A stretch of 64,000 bases of DNA from Sedimenticola sp. (GTDB lineage Bacteria > Pseudomonadota > Gammaproteobacteria > Chromatiales > Chromatiaceae). The notes beneath the pieces are model-generated. The model saw nothing but the letters and a program-made list of their open reading frames with translations, was not told the origin of the DNA and ran no database searches. The translations under genes were made by a program, and so were the position numbers. Where the stretch lies: the NCBI GenBank assembly GCA_026985055.1, contig JALSQZ010000008.1, positions 21,412 through 85,411 of the forward strand. Direction: 5' to 3'. Shown in pieces: positions 10,151 to 23,792 of the stretch; position 1 is the stretch's first letter; every line of letters starts with the position of its first letter.

Positions 10151-11584
10151 TTAGTAGCGTACCCGCACCTGATATTCCAGAATGACATTGCCTTCAGCGG
10201 GTATCTCCACCTGCCATTCGACAAGATTGGAGGACAGCTTCCTGTGCTTCCGTGATTCATGCAGCATTTCCCAGTCACCAGGAATGGGTTCCTGCACACT
10301 CACAGTTGTCGGTGAACTTTTGGCATTCTTAAGTTCGATGCGAAACGAAGCTTCTGCGGCGTAGCGGTAGGGATGGCCGAAATTCACCTTGCGGTAGGCG
10401 GTTTGCTTGCGATTTGCGGTAACATCGAAGGATTCCCCCAGCTTGAGACGCAGCTGTTCATTTTTTGGCGTGTGGTCGATGCGGTCTTCTCCCACGAACT
10501 GGGCGTTACCCTTGCTGTCTTCCTTGTACACACGCACGATGCCCTTGGGCAGGGGCATGCCCAGGCCGCTTTTTTCACGGTTCTCGAAAATGAGCCAGGC
10601 GCTGGCCTTGAGTTTGCTTCCCAGGCTGTCGTAGCGGTTACGGTAGTAGTAATCCTGGCCCTGGATCACCAGTTCCTTGTGCGCGGGCACTCCGCTGGCG
10701 TTGAGCAGAGCGACCTGTTTGGTCTGATTGTCGGCTATGCTGGTGGGGCGGTTGAGCGTGTACAGATGGTATTCGAACAGGGATTCTTCGGCCATTGGGG
10801 CCGGCGTTGCTTCGGCCACCGCCATGCCGGCGGATTTTCTCATATGGCGCATGTTGTCCCGTACCTGATTTACGTCGCCGGCCACCAGTTGCAGATGTGC
10901 GTTTGGGTAGGATGTGCCGCTCTTGTTGGTGAGGGTTACCCAGCCGGCCAGATCCAAAGAGCGATCATCTTCACTGAGATTCACCACATAATCTGCCTTC
11001 CAGGAAAGCCCGCCGGACAAATAGGTAAGTTCCAGTTCGCGCTTTCCTGATTTTTGTGTGTTCAGATGCGTGACCAGGGTAGGTCGGTCGCGCAGATTTT
11101 CAGGAATACGCGGAAAGATCCAGCGGCCTTCCGGATTGGTTTCCACGCGCCCACCGATTTCAGCGACCACGCCCTCATTGGTGCTGAGTATGGTCGCGGC
11201 TTCCCGGGTTTCCTTGCCCGTGGCCGGATTCATGCGGATGATCTCTACCGTTTGTCCGGTGTATTTTTCCAGCATCTTGTCCGGGGTGAGCAGGTCGAAA
11301 TTGAAATTCTGCTCCAGCACCTGCAGGTCATCGGGATGATCGATGCTGCGCAACAAGGCGGTTTCCGGCCGCATCCGGGCGCTGACGCCACGCAGCGCCA
11401 GGTCCACAGTGTTGCCAGGCAGGCTGACGGCGCGCTGATCCCGGATCAGGGCCAGGTTTTCGTTATAGATGGTTACAGCCAGGCCGGTCTGGTCGCTGAT
11501 GTCTGAAATCATTTCTTTCGCCTGCAGGTTGTCGCCAAGGGTGAATATGGCGAGAAGGGGAAGGAGGGCTGCAATTTTCAACAT
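10151..11584 (-). CDS. DUF4139 domain-containing exported protein
   Basis: Signal peptide; LAVTIYNENLALIRDQR, LTYLSGGLSWKADY, AQFVGEDRIDHTPK and EYQVRVRY motifs typical of the family. Confidence 0.8.
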   Translation of the reverse strand: MLKIAALLPLLAIFTLGDNLQAKEMISDISDQTGLAVTIYNENLALIRDQRAVSLPGNTVDLALRGVSARMRPETALLRSIDHPDDLQVLEQNFNFDLLTPDKMLEKYTGQTVEIIRMNPATGKETREAATILSTNEGVVAEIGGRVETNPEGRWIFPRIPENLRDRPTLVTHLNTQKSGKRELELTYLSGGLSWKADYVVNLSEDDRSLDLAGWVTLTNKSGTSYPNAHLQLVAGDVNQVRDNMRHMRKSAGMAVAEATPAPMAEESLFEYHLYTLNRPTSIADNQTKQVALLNASGVPAHKELVIQGQDYYYRNRYDSLGSKLKASAWLIFENREKSGLGMPLPKGIVRVYKEDSKGNAQFVGEDRIDHTPKNEQLRLKLGESFDVTANRKQTAYRKVNFGHPYRYAAEASFRIELKNAKSSPTTVSVQEPIPGDWEMLHESRKHRKLSSNLVEWQVEIPAEGNVILEYQVRVRY

Positions 11585-11642
11585 GATTGTGGTTCCACTG
11601 AGACAGGGATATTTCGATGTTACTCCAAAAACAGGCAGGTTG

Positions 11643-13965
<2,323 letters not shown>

Positions 13966-13994
<29 letters not shown>

Positions 13995-15933
13995 TGTGCT
14001 GTTCCAGCGTCTGCTGTTCGGGTTCCATGGGCACCACCTGTACGCTGTTGGCCGCGGGGGTGACGCCCAGCACCCGGGGTGGGGTTTGCAGGGAAATCCA
14101 GGTCATGCGCCGCATCAGCTGGCGCTGCGGGTTGAGATACAAAAGCCCCGTGAGTCCGGGCGTGGTTTCCCTGTCACTGCTTTCCAGACGGCGCAACAGG
14201 GGGGCAACCGTATAGGCGTCGATACCCATGGGCAGCAGGCGCAGATATTTGCGCCCCCGGGGTGGCAGGCTGGCTTGCAGGACACTGCGGGACAGGGGAT
14301 CCTCTGACTGCCTGTCCAGCATCCAGGGCATTTCCGGCAGCATCAGGCCGGCAAGGTCGAAGCTTTCATCGTGGCTCATCTGGCCGTCCCAGGCGCGGGA
14401 AGTACTGAACACTGGCAGGTCTTCTGCATAATGAAATTGCACCATGGGGCGGATCTGGCGCATTTGCTTTTTATTGCCGATGGCAAATACAAAATCGATT
14501 CCGCGCGGGGGCAGTTCGTAGCCGATTTCCGCAAGACCCTCCTCCCTGGCCTTTTCCCGGGCTTCCTTGAGTTTTTCCAGTTGCGCCTTGCGTTCCCTGG
14601 CCATGACCAGTTCCGCCACCGGCGTGGAATAGTCTCCGCTCGCAGGGTCATAGTCCCGGGTGCGTATGCTCTCGCCTCCCAGTTCCCGCCAGGTTTCCAT
14701 GAATGCGCCTGCCATGCGTTTGCCCAGTGGAGTGGCGGGATAGAGCATGGCGGGCTGACGGTAACCCTGCCAGGCTGCCCAGATCGCCACCTGGCGTGCT
14801 TCATCTTCCGGAGAAAGGGCAAACTGATACAGCCCCTGGGGTGGAGTGCTGTCGGTGTTTACCTGATTCAGAGCCAGCACCGGCAGGGGCAGGCTGCCAG
14901 CCCGGGCCAGTTGTTCCACGGCGGATTTGCTCAGAGGGCCGATGACGATACTGGCTCCCTCGTCGGCGGCCTGGTTCAGGAGAGGCCAGACCTGTTCCGG
15001 GTTGCTGGAATCATAGAATTTGATTGGCGGGCGGTTCTCGCTGCTGTCCGCATACCAGGCGGCCATCAAGCCATCCCGAAGTGTGGCGGCGGCTCGGGCA
15101 TAGGGCCCACTCATGGGCAGGAGCACGGCGATCCGGCTGATTTCCAGGGGGGCTCGTTGCTGTTGTTGTGCGTAATAGCTGGTGATCAGTTCCGGCAGGG
15201 CAGGGTGGTCGGGAAAAAGGTCGCGCCATTCACGATAGGGTGCGATGATTTCCTCGGGGGTGTTGGGAAAGTCCCGCAGCAGGGCGGCCAGCTCCATCCA
15301 GCCACGGGTGTCGTGGTCGCTGCCAGGCATCTGTTCCCGAAGTTCCTGCGGCTTGAAGCGGGTCAGTGTGTCCAGAATCCCGAGTTGAGTCTGCAGCTGC
15401 TGTTCAGTATCTAGCGGCAGCTTGCTCAGGGCAAGCAATTCTCTGACATATGGCAGTCTTTGTTGCAGTTCCTCGAGCGCGGCGGCGCGCAGACTGTGAT
15501 AGCGAATGGCCGCATCTTCACTGGCGTTCTGTGGCAGTCGGGGAAGCACGCTCAATACGTTTTCCGGCTGGTGGCGTTCCAGGGAGAGACTGGCTTGCAC
15601 CAGATTCAGCCTGAACTGCTCTGCCGGAGCCAGTGTCGTGGGTTGAATCTGATCCAGAAGCGTTTCCGCCTTGTCAAGCTGCCCTTCATGAATCAGACTG
15701 TCCGCTGCCAGCAGCCGATACAGGTCGCGCTGTCCGTTCACAGCGCGATGAGCCAGATCCAGATACAGATCGGCGGCTTCCTGGTAACGCTGCTGTTCGT
15801 ACAGGGCGCTGGCATGGGCAGCCTGGGGATCCACCGGAGGCGAGCGTTTGAGCTGCGTGGTCTCACATCCTGTGATCAGCGCCAACAAAATGAATGATAC
15901 GAGGAAGAGCCGTGAAAATTGTCTGCTGTGCAT
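13966..15933 (-). CDS. lpoA: Penicillin-binding protein activator lipoprotein LpoA
   Basis: Lipobox LITGC; IAVLLPMSG, IGPLSK and PVLALN motifs; divergent from rsmI as is typical. Confidence 0.88.
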
Positions 15934-15987
15934 TGTCCATTTGCCACGAATTACAAGGCAGCAGAGTATCCGATGCCGGAGGGCAGG

Positions 15988-16830
15988 GTGTCAAATAACC
16001 GGGGCACACTCTATATAGTCGCTACGCCCATAGGGAATCTGGAAGATATCAGTCTGCGAGCCATCCGGGTATTGAAACAGGTTCATCACATTGCTGCGGA
16101 AGACACCCGGCACAGTCGCCGCCTGTTGCTCCAGCATGGCATCGATACCCCCATGTTTGCCCTGCACGAGCACAATGAGCGACAGGCTGTGAAAGGCGTG
16201 TTGAAGCTGTTGCAGGAGGAAAAGGATGTGGCGCTGATCTCCGACGCAGGCACGCCGTTGATCAGCGATCCCGGTTTTCCCCTGGTGCGCGCCTGTCGCG
16301 AAGCAGGAATACGGGTCTCTCCTGTGCCTGGTCCCAGCGCCCTGATGGCAGCCTTGAGTGTTTCCGGTCTGCCTCTGGACAGCTTCTGTTTTCGGGGTTT
16401 CCTGCCGCGTACTCAGGCAGCCCGCCGTGACTGTCTGGCCAAGCTGCTCACCGCCAATCATACTCAGGCGTATTATGAATCCTCCCATCGCATATTGCAT
16501 GCCTTGCGCGACCTGCATGAAGTTCTTGGAGCAGAGCGTGAAATCTGCGTGGCCAGGGAGTTGACCAAGCAATATGAAGACATCATGCAGGGCACAACAA
16601 GTGAAGTGCTGGCCATGCTGGAGAAAGACGAGATGCGCCGCCGTGGTGAGTTCGTCATCGTCATCGCCGGTGCTGCTCCAAGGGAAACAGATCTTCCCCC
16701 GGCAGAGGCGATGCGGGTACTGGATGTGTTGCTCGGGGAGTTGCCCCTGAAGCAGGCCGCATCCCTGGCGGCGCGCATCACCGGCGAGAAGAAGAACCGC
16801 TTGTACCAGCTGGCGCTGAAGAGGCGCTGA
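15988..16830 (+). CDS. rsmI: 16S rRNA C1402 2'-O-methyltransferase
   Basis: LYIVATPIGNLEDIS, AEDTRH, SDAGTPLISDPG, YESSHR and RELTK motifs. Start is GTG 15988 (or ATG 15973). Confidence 0.95.
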   Translation: MSNNRGTLYIVATPIGNLEDISLRAIRVLKQVHHIAAEDTRHSRRLLLQHGIDTPMFALHEHNERQAVKGVLKLLQEEKDVALISDAGTPLISDPGFPLVRACREAGIRVSPVPGPSALMAALSVSGLPLDSFCFRGFLPRTQAARRDCLAKLLTANHTQAYYESSHRILHALRDLHEVLGAEREICVARELTKQYEDIMQGTTSEVLAMLEKDEMRRRGEFVIVIAGAAPRETDLPPAEAMRVLDVLLGELPLKQAASLAARITGEKKNRLYQLALKRR

Positions 16831-16843
16831 TCGACGGGGCTGC

Positions 16844-16872
16844 TTGCTTTTTATTTTTGTTGCCTATATGTT
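16844..16872 (+). promoter_or_regulatory. Probable sigma70 promoter of rnpB
   Basis: TTGCTT-N17-TATGTT ending 7 nt before the predicted rnpB 5' end. Confidence 0.6.
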
Positions 16873-16878
16873 CTCTAC

Positions 16879-17233
16879 GGGAAGACGGTCGGATAGTCGC
16901 TGTTGTATTGCAACAGAGGAAAGTCCGGGCTCCACAGGGCAAGTCGCCAGGTAACGCCTGGGAGGCGCGAGCCTACGGAAAGTGCCACAGAAAATATACC
17001 GCCTGTTTCCGCAGGTAAGGGTGAAAAGGTGCGGTAAGAGCGCACCGCGCTGCCGGCAACGGCAGTGGCAGGGTAAACCCCGGCTGGAGCAAGACCAAAT
17101 AGGGAAGCGCATGCTGCGGCCCGCAGTGGCTTCCGGGTAGGTTGCTTGAGGCGTCCGGTGACGGGCGTCCCAGATGAATGACTATCTCGCAACTTCGGTT
17201 GCTGACAGAACCCGGCTTACAGACCGTCTTCCC
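16879..17233 (+). ncRNA. rnpB: RNase P RNA, class A
   Basis: GAGGAAAGTCCGGGCTCC, GGAAAGTGCCACAGAAA, AAGGGTGAAAAGGTGCGGTAAGAGCGCACC, GGTAAACCCC, GAGCAAGACCAAATAG and ACAGAACCCGGCTTA conserved blocks; P1 is GGGAAGACGGTC/GACCGTCTTCCC. Confidence 0.97.
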
Positions 17234-17401
17234 ACCCTCTCCGGCATGTTATGCCGCGCACATTTTTTGCGGCTGTTTATCGGCCAATCCTCATAAACCA
17301 CTTTAAGTTGCTTCCGCAGCTTCCTGTTTGCAAATCTTTTTTTCTGTTTTTTCTCTGTTTCGTAAGACCTTGAGATTTAAGCATTTTTTCCTTGTATTTT
17401 C

Positions 17402-17430
17402 TTGACCCCGTGGGGTGCAGCGCCTATTAT
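17402..17430 (+). promoter_or_regulatory. Probable sigma70 promoter of the dcw operon
   Basis: TTGACC-N17-TATTAT upstream of mraZ. Confidence 0.7.
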
Positions 17431-17440
17431 TCACATCAAT

Positions 17441-17465
17441 GTGGGGAATTGTGGGGAAATAGGGG
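17441..17465 (+). promoter_or_regulatory. MraZ-binding direct repeats
   Basis: GTGGGG at 17441 and 17451 plus AGGGG at 17461, a 10-nt period, directly before the mraZ GTG start. Matches known (G)TGGG MraZ boxes. Confidence 0.75.
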
Positions 17466-17470
17466 TAATT

Positions 17471-17932
17471 GTGTTTCTAGGATCCAACAACTTGAATCTG
17501 GACGCCAAGGGGCGTCTGGCCATTCCGGTGCGCTACCGGAAGGATCTGGTTGGCTCCGAGAATGCCAGCGTGGTGGTGACCGCAAACCCCTATGAGCGCT
17601 GCCTGTGGCTGTATCCCCGTGATGAATGGCAGGAAGTTGCGCGCAAGGTGATCGCCCTGCCGGATCTGAAAAAGCAAAGCAAGAGTCTCAAGCGTCTGTT
17701 GCTGGGGTATGCCTCGGAACTGGAGCTGGACGGGCAGGGGCGCATCCTGCTCGGGGCCGCGTTGCGTGAGTATGCGGGCATGGACAAGCCCGTGGCTTTG
17801 ATTGGCCAGGGAAACAAGTTCGAGATCTGGGCGGAAGAGGCCTGGCTGGCCACTCGTGACGACTGTCTGGAAAGCGTGATGCCTGGAGATGAAGCGGATT
17901 TGTCAGAAGAGCTGGCAAATCTCTCCCTGTAG
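17471..17932 (+). CDS. mraZ: Division/cell wall cluster transcriptional repressor MraZ
   Basis: (V)FLGSNNLNLDAKGRLAIP, CLWLYP and LDGQGRILL motifs; GTG start at 17471. Confidence 0.95.
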   Translation: MFLGSNNLNLDAKGRLAIPVRYRKDLVGSENASVVVTANPYERCLWLYPRDEWQEVARKVIALPDLKKQSKSLKRLLLGYASELELDGQGRILLGAALREYAGMDKPVALIGQGNKFEIWAEEAWLATRDDCLESVMPGDEADLSEELANLSL

Positions 17933-18871
17933 ATGAATGACTCGCCGCTGCACAGACCCGTACTGTTCGAGGAAGCGATAGATGCGATGAATATCCGGCC
18001 TGACAGTTGTTGCATGGATGGTACTTTCGGTCGCGGTGGTCACAGTGGCGCAATTTTGCAACGTCTCGGAAAGACGGGTTGTCTGATTGCCATGGACAAG
18101 GATGAAGCAGCGGTGGAGCATGGACGAAAGATCTTTGCCGGGGATACCCGGTTGCATCTGGAGCACAGCAGTTTTGCCCATTTGAAGGACATAGCGGAAA
18201 AACATGGCGTGAGCGGAAAGGTGCAGGCCCTGCTTCTGGATCTGGGGGTTTCCTCACCGCAGCTGGATGAAGCAGAGCGAGGTTTCAGTTTTCGTCAGGA
18301 TGGCCCTCTGGATATGCGCATGGACAGAAGTTCCGGCATGAGCGCGGCGCAATGGCTGGCTGTTGCGGAAGAAAAGGAGATTGCCCGGGTATTGTGGGAA
18401 TTTGGTGAGGAGCGTTATTCCCGTCGCATCGCAAAAGCCATTGTCGGTCAGCGTGAAACCCGGCCTTTGCATACGACCTTGCAGCTAGCGGATCTGATAC
18501 AGAAAGTCAGTCCGGTGAAAGAGCGGCACAAGCATCCGGCCACCCGCAGTTTTCAGGCAATTCGCATCCACATCAACAGGGAGCTGGATGATTTGCGTGA
18601 AGGTTTGCGTCAGGCGGTGGAAGTGCTGGCAAGCGGCGGGCGTCTGGTGGTGATCAGTTTCCACTCCCTGGAAGATCGCATCGTGAAGCGTTTTTTTCGC
18701 GAGCAGTCGCGTGGCGATATGTTGCCCCGGGGTGTGCCGGTGCTGGAGAAGGATCTCAGGCGGGGAGTGCTGAAACTGGTGGGAAAGCCTTTGCGTGCGG
18801 GAAAGCGCGAACTGGCAGAAAACCCCAGAGCGCGCAGCGCCATCATGCGGGTGGCTGAAAAGCGCGCATGA
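17933..18871 (+). CDS. rsmH: 16S rRNA m4C1402 methyltransferase
   Basis: HRPVL, DGTFGRGGHS, DLGVSSPQLD, GPLDMRMD, ISFHSLEDRIVK and NPRARSA motifs. Confidence 0.97.
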   Translation: MNDSPLHRPVLFEEAIDAMNIRPDSCCMDGTFGRGGHSGAILQRLGKTGCLIAMDKDEAAVEHGRKIFAGDTRLHLEHSSFAHLKDIAEKHGVSGKVQALLLDLGVSSPQLDEAERGFSFRQDGPLDMRMDRSSGMSAAQWLAVAEEKEIARVLWEFGEERYSRRIAKAIVGQRETRPLHTTLQLADLIQKVSPVKERHKHPATRSFQAIRIHINRELDDLREGLRQAVEVLASGGRLVVISFHSLEDRIVKRFFREQSRGDMLPRGVPVLEKDLRRGVLKLVGKPLRAGKRELAENPRARSAIMRVAEKRA

Positions 18872-19152
18872 AAACCTCGCGCAAGGTCATGCTGGCGTTG
18901 TTGACGCTGGCGGTGCTGGTATCGGCGGTTGGCGTGGTGCACAGCAAATACCGGACCCGGGTGTTGTTCCGGGAGTTGAAGGCCCTGGATCGGCAGATTG
19001 ACGAAGTGGATATCGAATGGGAGCAACTGCTCCTCGAGCATGGAGCCTGGGGAACGCCGGCCACCATTGAGGCCGGCGCCAGAAAGCAACTGAAAATGCG
19101 TATGCCCAGGGCAGACGAAATTGTGATTATCAAGGAGCAACATCGTGGCTAG
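18868..19152 (+). CDS. ftsL: Cell division protein FtsL
   Basis: Single TM followed by a coiled coil (EWEQLLLE..W...IE..AR..L.M..P); lies between rsmH and ftsI. Confidence 0.9.
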   Translation: MKTSRKVMLALLTLAVLVSAVGVVHSKYRTRVLFRELKALDRQIDEVDIEWEQLLLEHGAWGTPATIEAGARKQLKMRMPRADEIVIIKEQHRG

Positions 19153-20905
19153 ACGGGAAAAACGCGCCAAAAGGCAGAAGCAGGCGGAAGCCCTGCCCAA
19201 AGCCTATGTGGGCCGCCGTCGTGTCGTGCTCAGCATATTCATGCTGGCCTTGTCCGGTCTGGTCTGGCGCGCAGTGGATCAGCAGATATTCGAGCGGGAC
19301 TTTCTCCAGTCGGAAGGAAACCATCGTTATCTGGATCGGGTCAAGGTGCCGGCGCACCGGGGAGCGATTACGGATCGCAACGGCATGGTTTTGGCCATGA
19401 GCACTCCGGTTGACTCCATTGCCGCCAATCCCCGCCTGTTGCGCCCGGATGCCAATACCCTGGCGCCCCTGGCAAAAGCACTGGACGTGGGTCTGGACGA
19501 TCTGCGGCGCAAGTTGGCGCGTTACAGTCACAAGCATTTTGTCTATCTCAAGCGGCGCATGCCGCCGGATGCGGCCCGGCAGGTCATGGAGTTGGCCCGG
19601 GAGCACCACATAGGCGGTCTGCAGGCGATTCGCGAATACCGGCGCTTCTACCCGGATGGTGAAACCTTTGCCCATGTGATCGGTTTTACCGACATGGATG
19701 ATGTGGGGCGCGAAGGACTGGAGCTGGCCTTCAATGATCAGTTGTCCGGCAAGCCCGGGCTGAAGCGCGTGTTGCGGGATGGGCGGCGTCAGGTGGTGGC
19801 GGATGTGGAAAGCCTGCACATGCCCCAGCCGGGAAAGAATCTGGCGCTCAGTCTGGATCAGCGTTTGCAATACATTGCCTATCGTGAACTCAAGGCGGCA
19901 ATCAGCCGCAACAATGCACGATCCGGTTCCGTGGTCATGCTGGATGTGAAAACCGGTGAGGTGCTGGCCATGGTGAATCAGCCCGGCTACAACCCCAATG
20001 CGCCGCGCCAGCGTATCGACGGACGCTTGCGCAATCGTGCCATCACGGATGTTTTCGAGCCTGGCTCGACCATGAAACCCCTGACCATCGCCGTGGCTCT
20101 CGATCTGGGCATCATTCGGGAAGATTCCGTTATCGACACCAGTCCCGGTTATTTCAAGGTGGGGCGGCACCAGGTGAAGGATCACAACAATCTGGGGATA
20201 GTGGATATCCGAACCATCATCAAGAAATCGAGCAACGTGGGAGCAGGCAGGATCGCCCTGTCGCTGCCCAGCAAGAAGTTTCATGACTATCTGGCCGCCC
20301 TGGGTTTTGGCAAGCGCACCAGCAGCGGTTTTCCCGGCGAGGCAGCCGGACAGTTGCGCCCCGCGGCAAACTGGGCGCGTATCGACCAGGCCACCCTGTC
20401 TTTTGGTTACGGCATATCCGTCTCGGTGCTGCAGTTGGCGCAGGCCTATGCCACCCTGGCCAATGATGGTGTTCGCCTGCCGGTTACCCTGTTGCGCCGG
20501 GATCAGGCGCCCGAAGGCCGGCGGGTGTTCAGCAGCAAGACCGCAGCTGCGGTACGCAGCATGATGGAATCCGTGGTTACTCCAGGCGGCACGGCCGTCC
20601 GCGCCGCGGTACCCGGATACCGGGTGGCGGGCAAGACCGGCACCGTGAAGAAAGCCGGTAAAGGCGGTTATTCCCAGCGAAAATATCTGTCCCTTTTTGC
20701 CGGCATGGCGCCAGCCAGTGATCCGCGGCTGGTGGTGGTGGTCATGATCGATGAGCCTCGGGGCAGGCAATACTATGGCGGACTGGTGGCGGCACCGGTA
20801 TTTTCCGCAATCATGGACGACGCCTTGCGCTTGTTGAATGTTCGTCCGGACAATCTTGCGCCCCAACAGGCGGTGCGTCTGGCTGGTGGGGGGGTGCAAC
20901 CTTGA
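19145..20905 (+). CDS. ftsI: Peptidoglycan D,D-transpeptidase FtsI (PBP3)
   Basis: RGAITDRNG, SxxK (STMK), SxN (SSN) and KTG motifs. Confidence 0.96.
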   Translation: MARREKRAKRQKQAEALPKAYVGRRRVVLSIFMLALSGLVWRAVDQQIFERDFLQSEGNHRYLDRVKVPAHRGAITDRNGMVLAMSTPVDSIAANPRLLRPDANTLAPLAKALDVGLDDLRRKLARYSHKHFVYLKRRMPPDAARQVMELAREHHIGGLQAIREYRRFYPDGETFAHVIGFTDMDDVGREGLELAFNDQLSGKPGLKRVLRDGRRQVVADVESLHMPQPGKNLALSLDQRLQYIAYRELKAAISRNNARSGSVVMLDVKTGEVLAMVNQPGYNPNAPRQRIDGRLRNRAITDVFEPGSTMKPLTIAVALDLGIIREDSVIDTSPGYFKVGRHQVKDHNNLGIVDIRTIIKKSSNVGAGRIALSLPSKKFHDYLAALGFGKRTSSGFPGEAAGQLRPAANWARIDQATLSFGYGISVSVLQLAQAYATLANDGVRLPVTLLRRDQAPEGRRVFSSKTAAAVRSMMESVVTPGGTAVRAAVPGYRVAGKTGTVKKAGKGGYSQRKYLSLFAGMAPASDPRLVVVVMIDEPRGRQYYGGLVAAPVFSAIMDDALRLLNVRPDNLAPQQAVRLAGGGVQP

Positions 20906-22425
20906 TGGTCAGCGCCAGACATTCCGATTCGCACTGGCTGGCGGCAGACCTGCTGTCCGGCTTGTCCCTGGAAAAAGGCGTCTGGGGCGGCATCCCGTTG
21001 TCCGGCCTGTCGCTGGACAGCCGTTACGTGGAGACGGGACATTTGTTCATCGCCCTCAACGGAACCTCTGAACATGGATTGATGCATTTGTCCCAGGCGC
21101 TGCAACGGGGCGCCGCCCTGGTGCTTGCCGAACCCGGTGATGACTGGCCGGTGGAGAGAATTTTCCGTCTGTCTGGTGATGTCCCTGTTCTGCCGGTAGA
21201 AGGACTGCGCGCCCAGATGAGCGCCCTGGCTTCGCGATTTTACGGTCATCCCGCCAGACAGATGCGCATGGTGGGCATAACCGGCACCAACGGCAAGACC
21301 AGCGTCAGTCTTTTTCTTGCCCGTGCGCTTCCCGAACCATGGCATTGTGCAGTGACTGGTACTACCGGAAACGGCTTTCCCGAGGCGCTGCAGGCAGCTA
21401 CCCATACCACACCGGATGCCGTTGAAGCACAGCGTCTGTTGGCTCGATTGCATGAGCAGGGTGCCGGGGCGGTGGCGATGGAAGTGTCCTCGCATGCCTT
21501 GGATCAGCATCGTTTGGCAGCAGTGCCCTTCCATACCGCGGTCTTTACCAATCTCAGTCGTGATCACCTGGATTACCATGGCTCCATGCGCGCCTATGCC
21601 GCCGCCAAGCAAAAACTGTTCGAGACAGATGGTTTGAAGCTGGCGGTCATCAATACGGATGATGAAGCAGGAGCGGAACTGCTGGAGACGGTCAAGGGCA
21701 AAGTGCGGACGGTTGCCTGTCACTGCGGCGGGAAGACGCTGGGTGCAGACGAGTTCGTGCGTCAGGAGTCTTTGGAACAGGGACCACAGGGGCTGGTGCT
21801 GGGGTTGTCCACTTCCTGGGGGCAGGCGCAGATCCACAGCCGGCTGCTGGGTGATTTCAATGCTTCCAATCTGATGCTGGTGCTGGCGGTGCTGCTGGCC
21901 TGGAATGTGCCCATGGAACAGGCGCTCGCCCGTCTGGAACAGCTGCAAACCGTGCCCGGCCGGATGCAGGCGCTTGGTGGCGGGATGCATCCCCTGGTGG
22001 TTGTGGACTATGCGCATACGCCGGATGCCCTGGGCAAGGTACTGGCTTCCCTGCGCGCCCATTGCCGTGGGGAGCTGATCTGTGTTTTTGGTTGTGGAGG
22101 CGACCGTGATCGTGGCAAGCGCCCGCAGATGGGAGCGCTGGCCGAAGCCATGGCAGACAGGGTCATTGTTACCGATGACAATCCGCGCCATGAGGCATCT
22201 CCCGCGATCATCGCAGATATTCTCGAAGGCATGCAGCAGCCGGACAATGCTTTGGTAGAACCGGACCGGGCCAGGGCGATTGCTCTGGCCATGGCAAAAG
22301 CCAGGCCTGAAGATGTGGTGCTGGTGGCCGGCAAGGGGCATGAGACCTGGCAACAGGTTGGGGATCTGCGTCTGCCTTTCAGCGACGTGGAGCAGGTATG
22401 TCGGAATCTGGGAGGTGAAAAATGA
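20902..22425 (+). CDS. murE: UDP-MurNAc-tripeptide synthetase (mDAP-adding)
   Basis: GITGTNGKT, MEVSSHAL, FTNLSRDHLDYH, VDYAHTPD and DNPR (mDAP specificity) motifs. Confidence 0.96.
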   Translation: MMVSARHSDSHWLAADLLSGLSLEKGVWGGIPLSGLSLDSRYVETGHLFIALNGTSEHGLMHLSQALQRGAALVLAEPGDDWPVERIFRLSGDVPVLPVEGLRAQMSALASRFYGHPARQMRMVGITGTNGKTSVSLFLARALPEPWHCAVTGTTGNGFPEALQAATHTTPDAVEAQRLLARLHEQGAGAVAMEVSSHALDQHRLAAVPFHTAVFTNLSRDHLDYHGSMRAYAAAKQKLFETDGLKLAVINTDDEAGAELLETVKGKVRTVACHCGGKTLGADEFVRQESLEQGPQGLVLGLSTSWGQAQIHSRLLGDFNASNLMLVLAVLLAWNVPMEQALARLEQLQTVPGRMQALGGGMHPLVVVDYAHTPDALGKVLASLRAHCRGELICVFGCGGDRDRGKRPQMGALAEAMADRVIVTDDNPRHEASPAIIADILEGMQQPDNALVEPDRARAIALAMAKARPEDVVLVAGKGHETWQQVGDLRLPFSDVEQVCRNLGGEK

Positions 22426-23792
22426 TTGCCTTTCCGTTATCCGAGCTGGCGCAGACCCTGAACGGCCAGGTACTGGGCAAGGATGTGAGTATCGCTTCCG
22501 TGAGTAGCGACAGCCGCCATCTGCGGGCCGGAGATCTGTATGTCGCGTTGCAAGGGCCGCGCCATGACGGGCATGATTTTCTGGATCAGGCGGCTGAGCG
22601 GGGGGCTGCCGCCGCCATGATCAGTCACGGCAGGCATGCGTCTCTTCCCTGTCTGCTGGTGGAAGACACGCGCCTGGGTCTGGGGCGCATGGCGGCTGCC
22701 TGGCGCTCCCGTTCCGACGCCCGTGTTGCCGCAGTGACCGGCAGCAATGGCAAGACTACGGTCAAGGAAATGCTTGCGGCCATTTTGCGGCGCATGGGAA
22801 AGACCCTGGCGACCGAGGGTAATCTGAACAATGATATCGGCCTGCCCCTGACTTTGTGCCGTTTGCAGGAAGAAGCATATGCAGTGGTCGAAATGGGGGC
22901 CAATCATCCTGGAGAAATCGATTACCTGAGTCGTATTGCGCATCCGGACGTGGCCATCCTGAACAACGCCGGGCGCGCTCATCTGGAAGGCTTTGGCACT
23001 CTGGAAGGGGTGGCCAGGGCCAAGGCGGAAATCCTCAACGGTCTCTCCGATGACGGAGTGTTCGTGTACAACGCCGATGATGGTTTCGCCTCTTTGTGGC
23101 AATCCCTGGCGGCAGGGCGCAAGAGCCTGAGTTTTGGCGTCCATCAGCCGGCTGACGTGAGCAGTCCGCAGGATGCTGCTCGCCTGGTCTGGGATCGGGA
23201 TGGCTTCCACAGCGAATTTTCGGTGCGCGCTGCTGAGGGCGAGATGCGCATCAAACTGCGTCTGCCCGGCGAGCACAATCGCATGAATGCCCTGGCGGCG
23301 ATCGCTGCTGCCCAGGTGCTGGGCGCTTCTCCCGAGGATATTCAAACCGGCCTGGCTTCGTTGCGTCCGGTTCCTGGTCGTCTGTGCAGTTTGCGCGGCA
23401 GGGCGGGCATACAGCTGGTGGACGACAGTTACAACGCCAATCCGGATTCGGTGCGCATGGCGGTGACAGTGCTTGCCCAGGCGCCAGGACGAAAGTTGCT
23501 GGTATTGGGGGATTTGGGAGAGCTGGGTGAAGGTGCGCAGGCACTCCATGAAGAGCTTGGCGTGCATGCCCGTCAAGCTGGAGTGGACCGGCTCTACAGT
23601 TGTGGCGAACTGAGCGCCTGGAGCAGCCGGGGCTTTGGTTCGGGGGCAAGACATTTTTCCCGGCAGGCCGAACTGCTGGCCTGTTTGTCCGATGAGCTGG
23701 GTGCGGGAGACACGGTGCTGGTCAAGGGTTCACGGGCGGCGGCCATGGACAAGGTGGTTCAGGCCTTGCGCGAGGAGGATGACGCATGCTGA
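22422..23792 (+). CDS. murF: UDP-MurNAc-tripeptide--D-Ala-D-Ala ligase
   Basis: [36 protein letters not shown] and [10 protein letters not shown] motifs. Confidence 0.96.
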   Translation: MIAFPLSELAQTLNGQVLGKDVSIASVSSDSRHLRAGDLYVALQGPRHDGHDFLDQAAERGAAAAMISHGRHASLPCLLVEDTRLGLGRMAAAWRSRSDARVAAVTGSNGKTTVKEMLAAILRRMGKTLATEGNLNNDIGLPLTLCRLQEEAYAVVEMGANHPGEIDYLSRIAHPDVAILNNAGRAHLEGFGTLEGVARAKAEILNGLSDDGVFVYNADDGFASLWQSLAAGRKSLSFGVHQPADVSSPQDAARLVWDRDGFHSEFSVRAAEGEMRIKLRLPGEHNRMNALAAIAAAQVLGASPEDIQTGLASLRPVPGRLCSLRGRAGIQLVDDSYNANPDSVRMAVTVLAQAPGRKLLVLGDLGELGEGAQALHEELGVHARQAGVDRLYSCGELSAWSSRGFGSGARHFSRQAELLACLSDELGAGDTVLVKGSRAAAMDKVVQALREEDDAC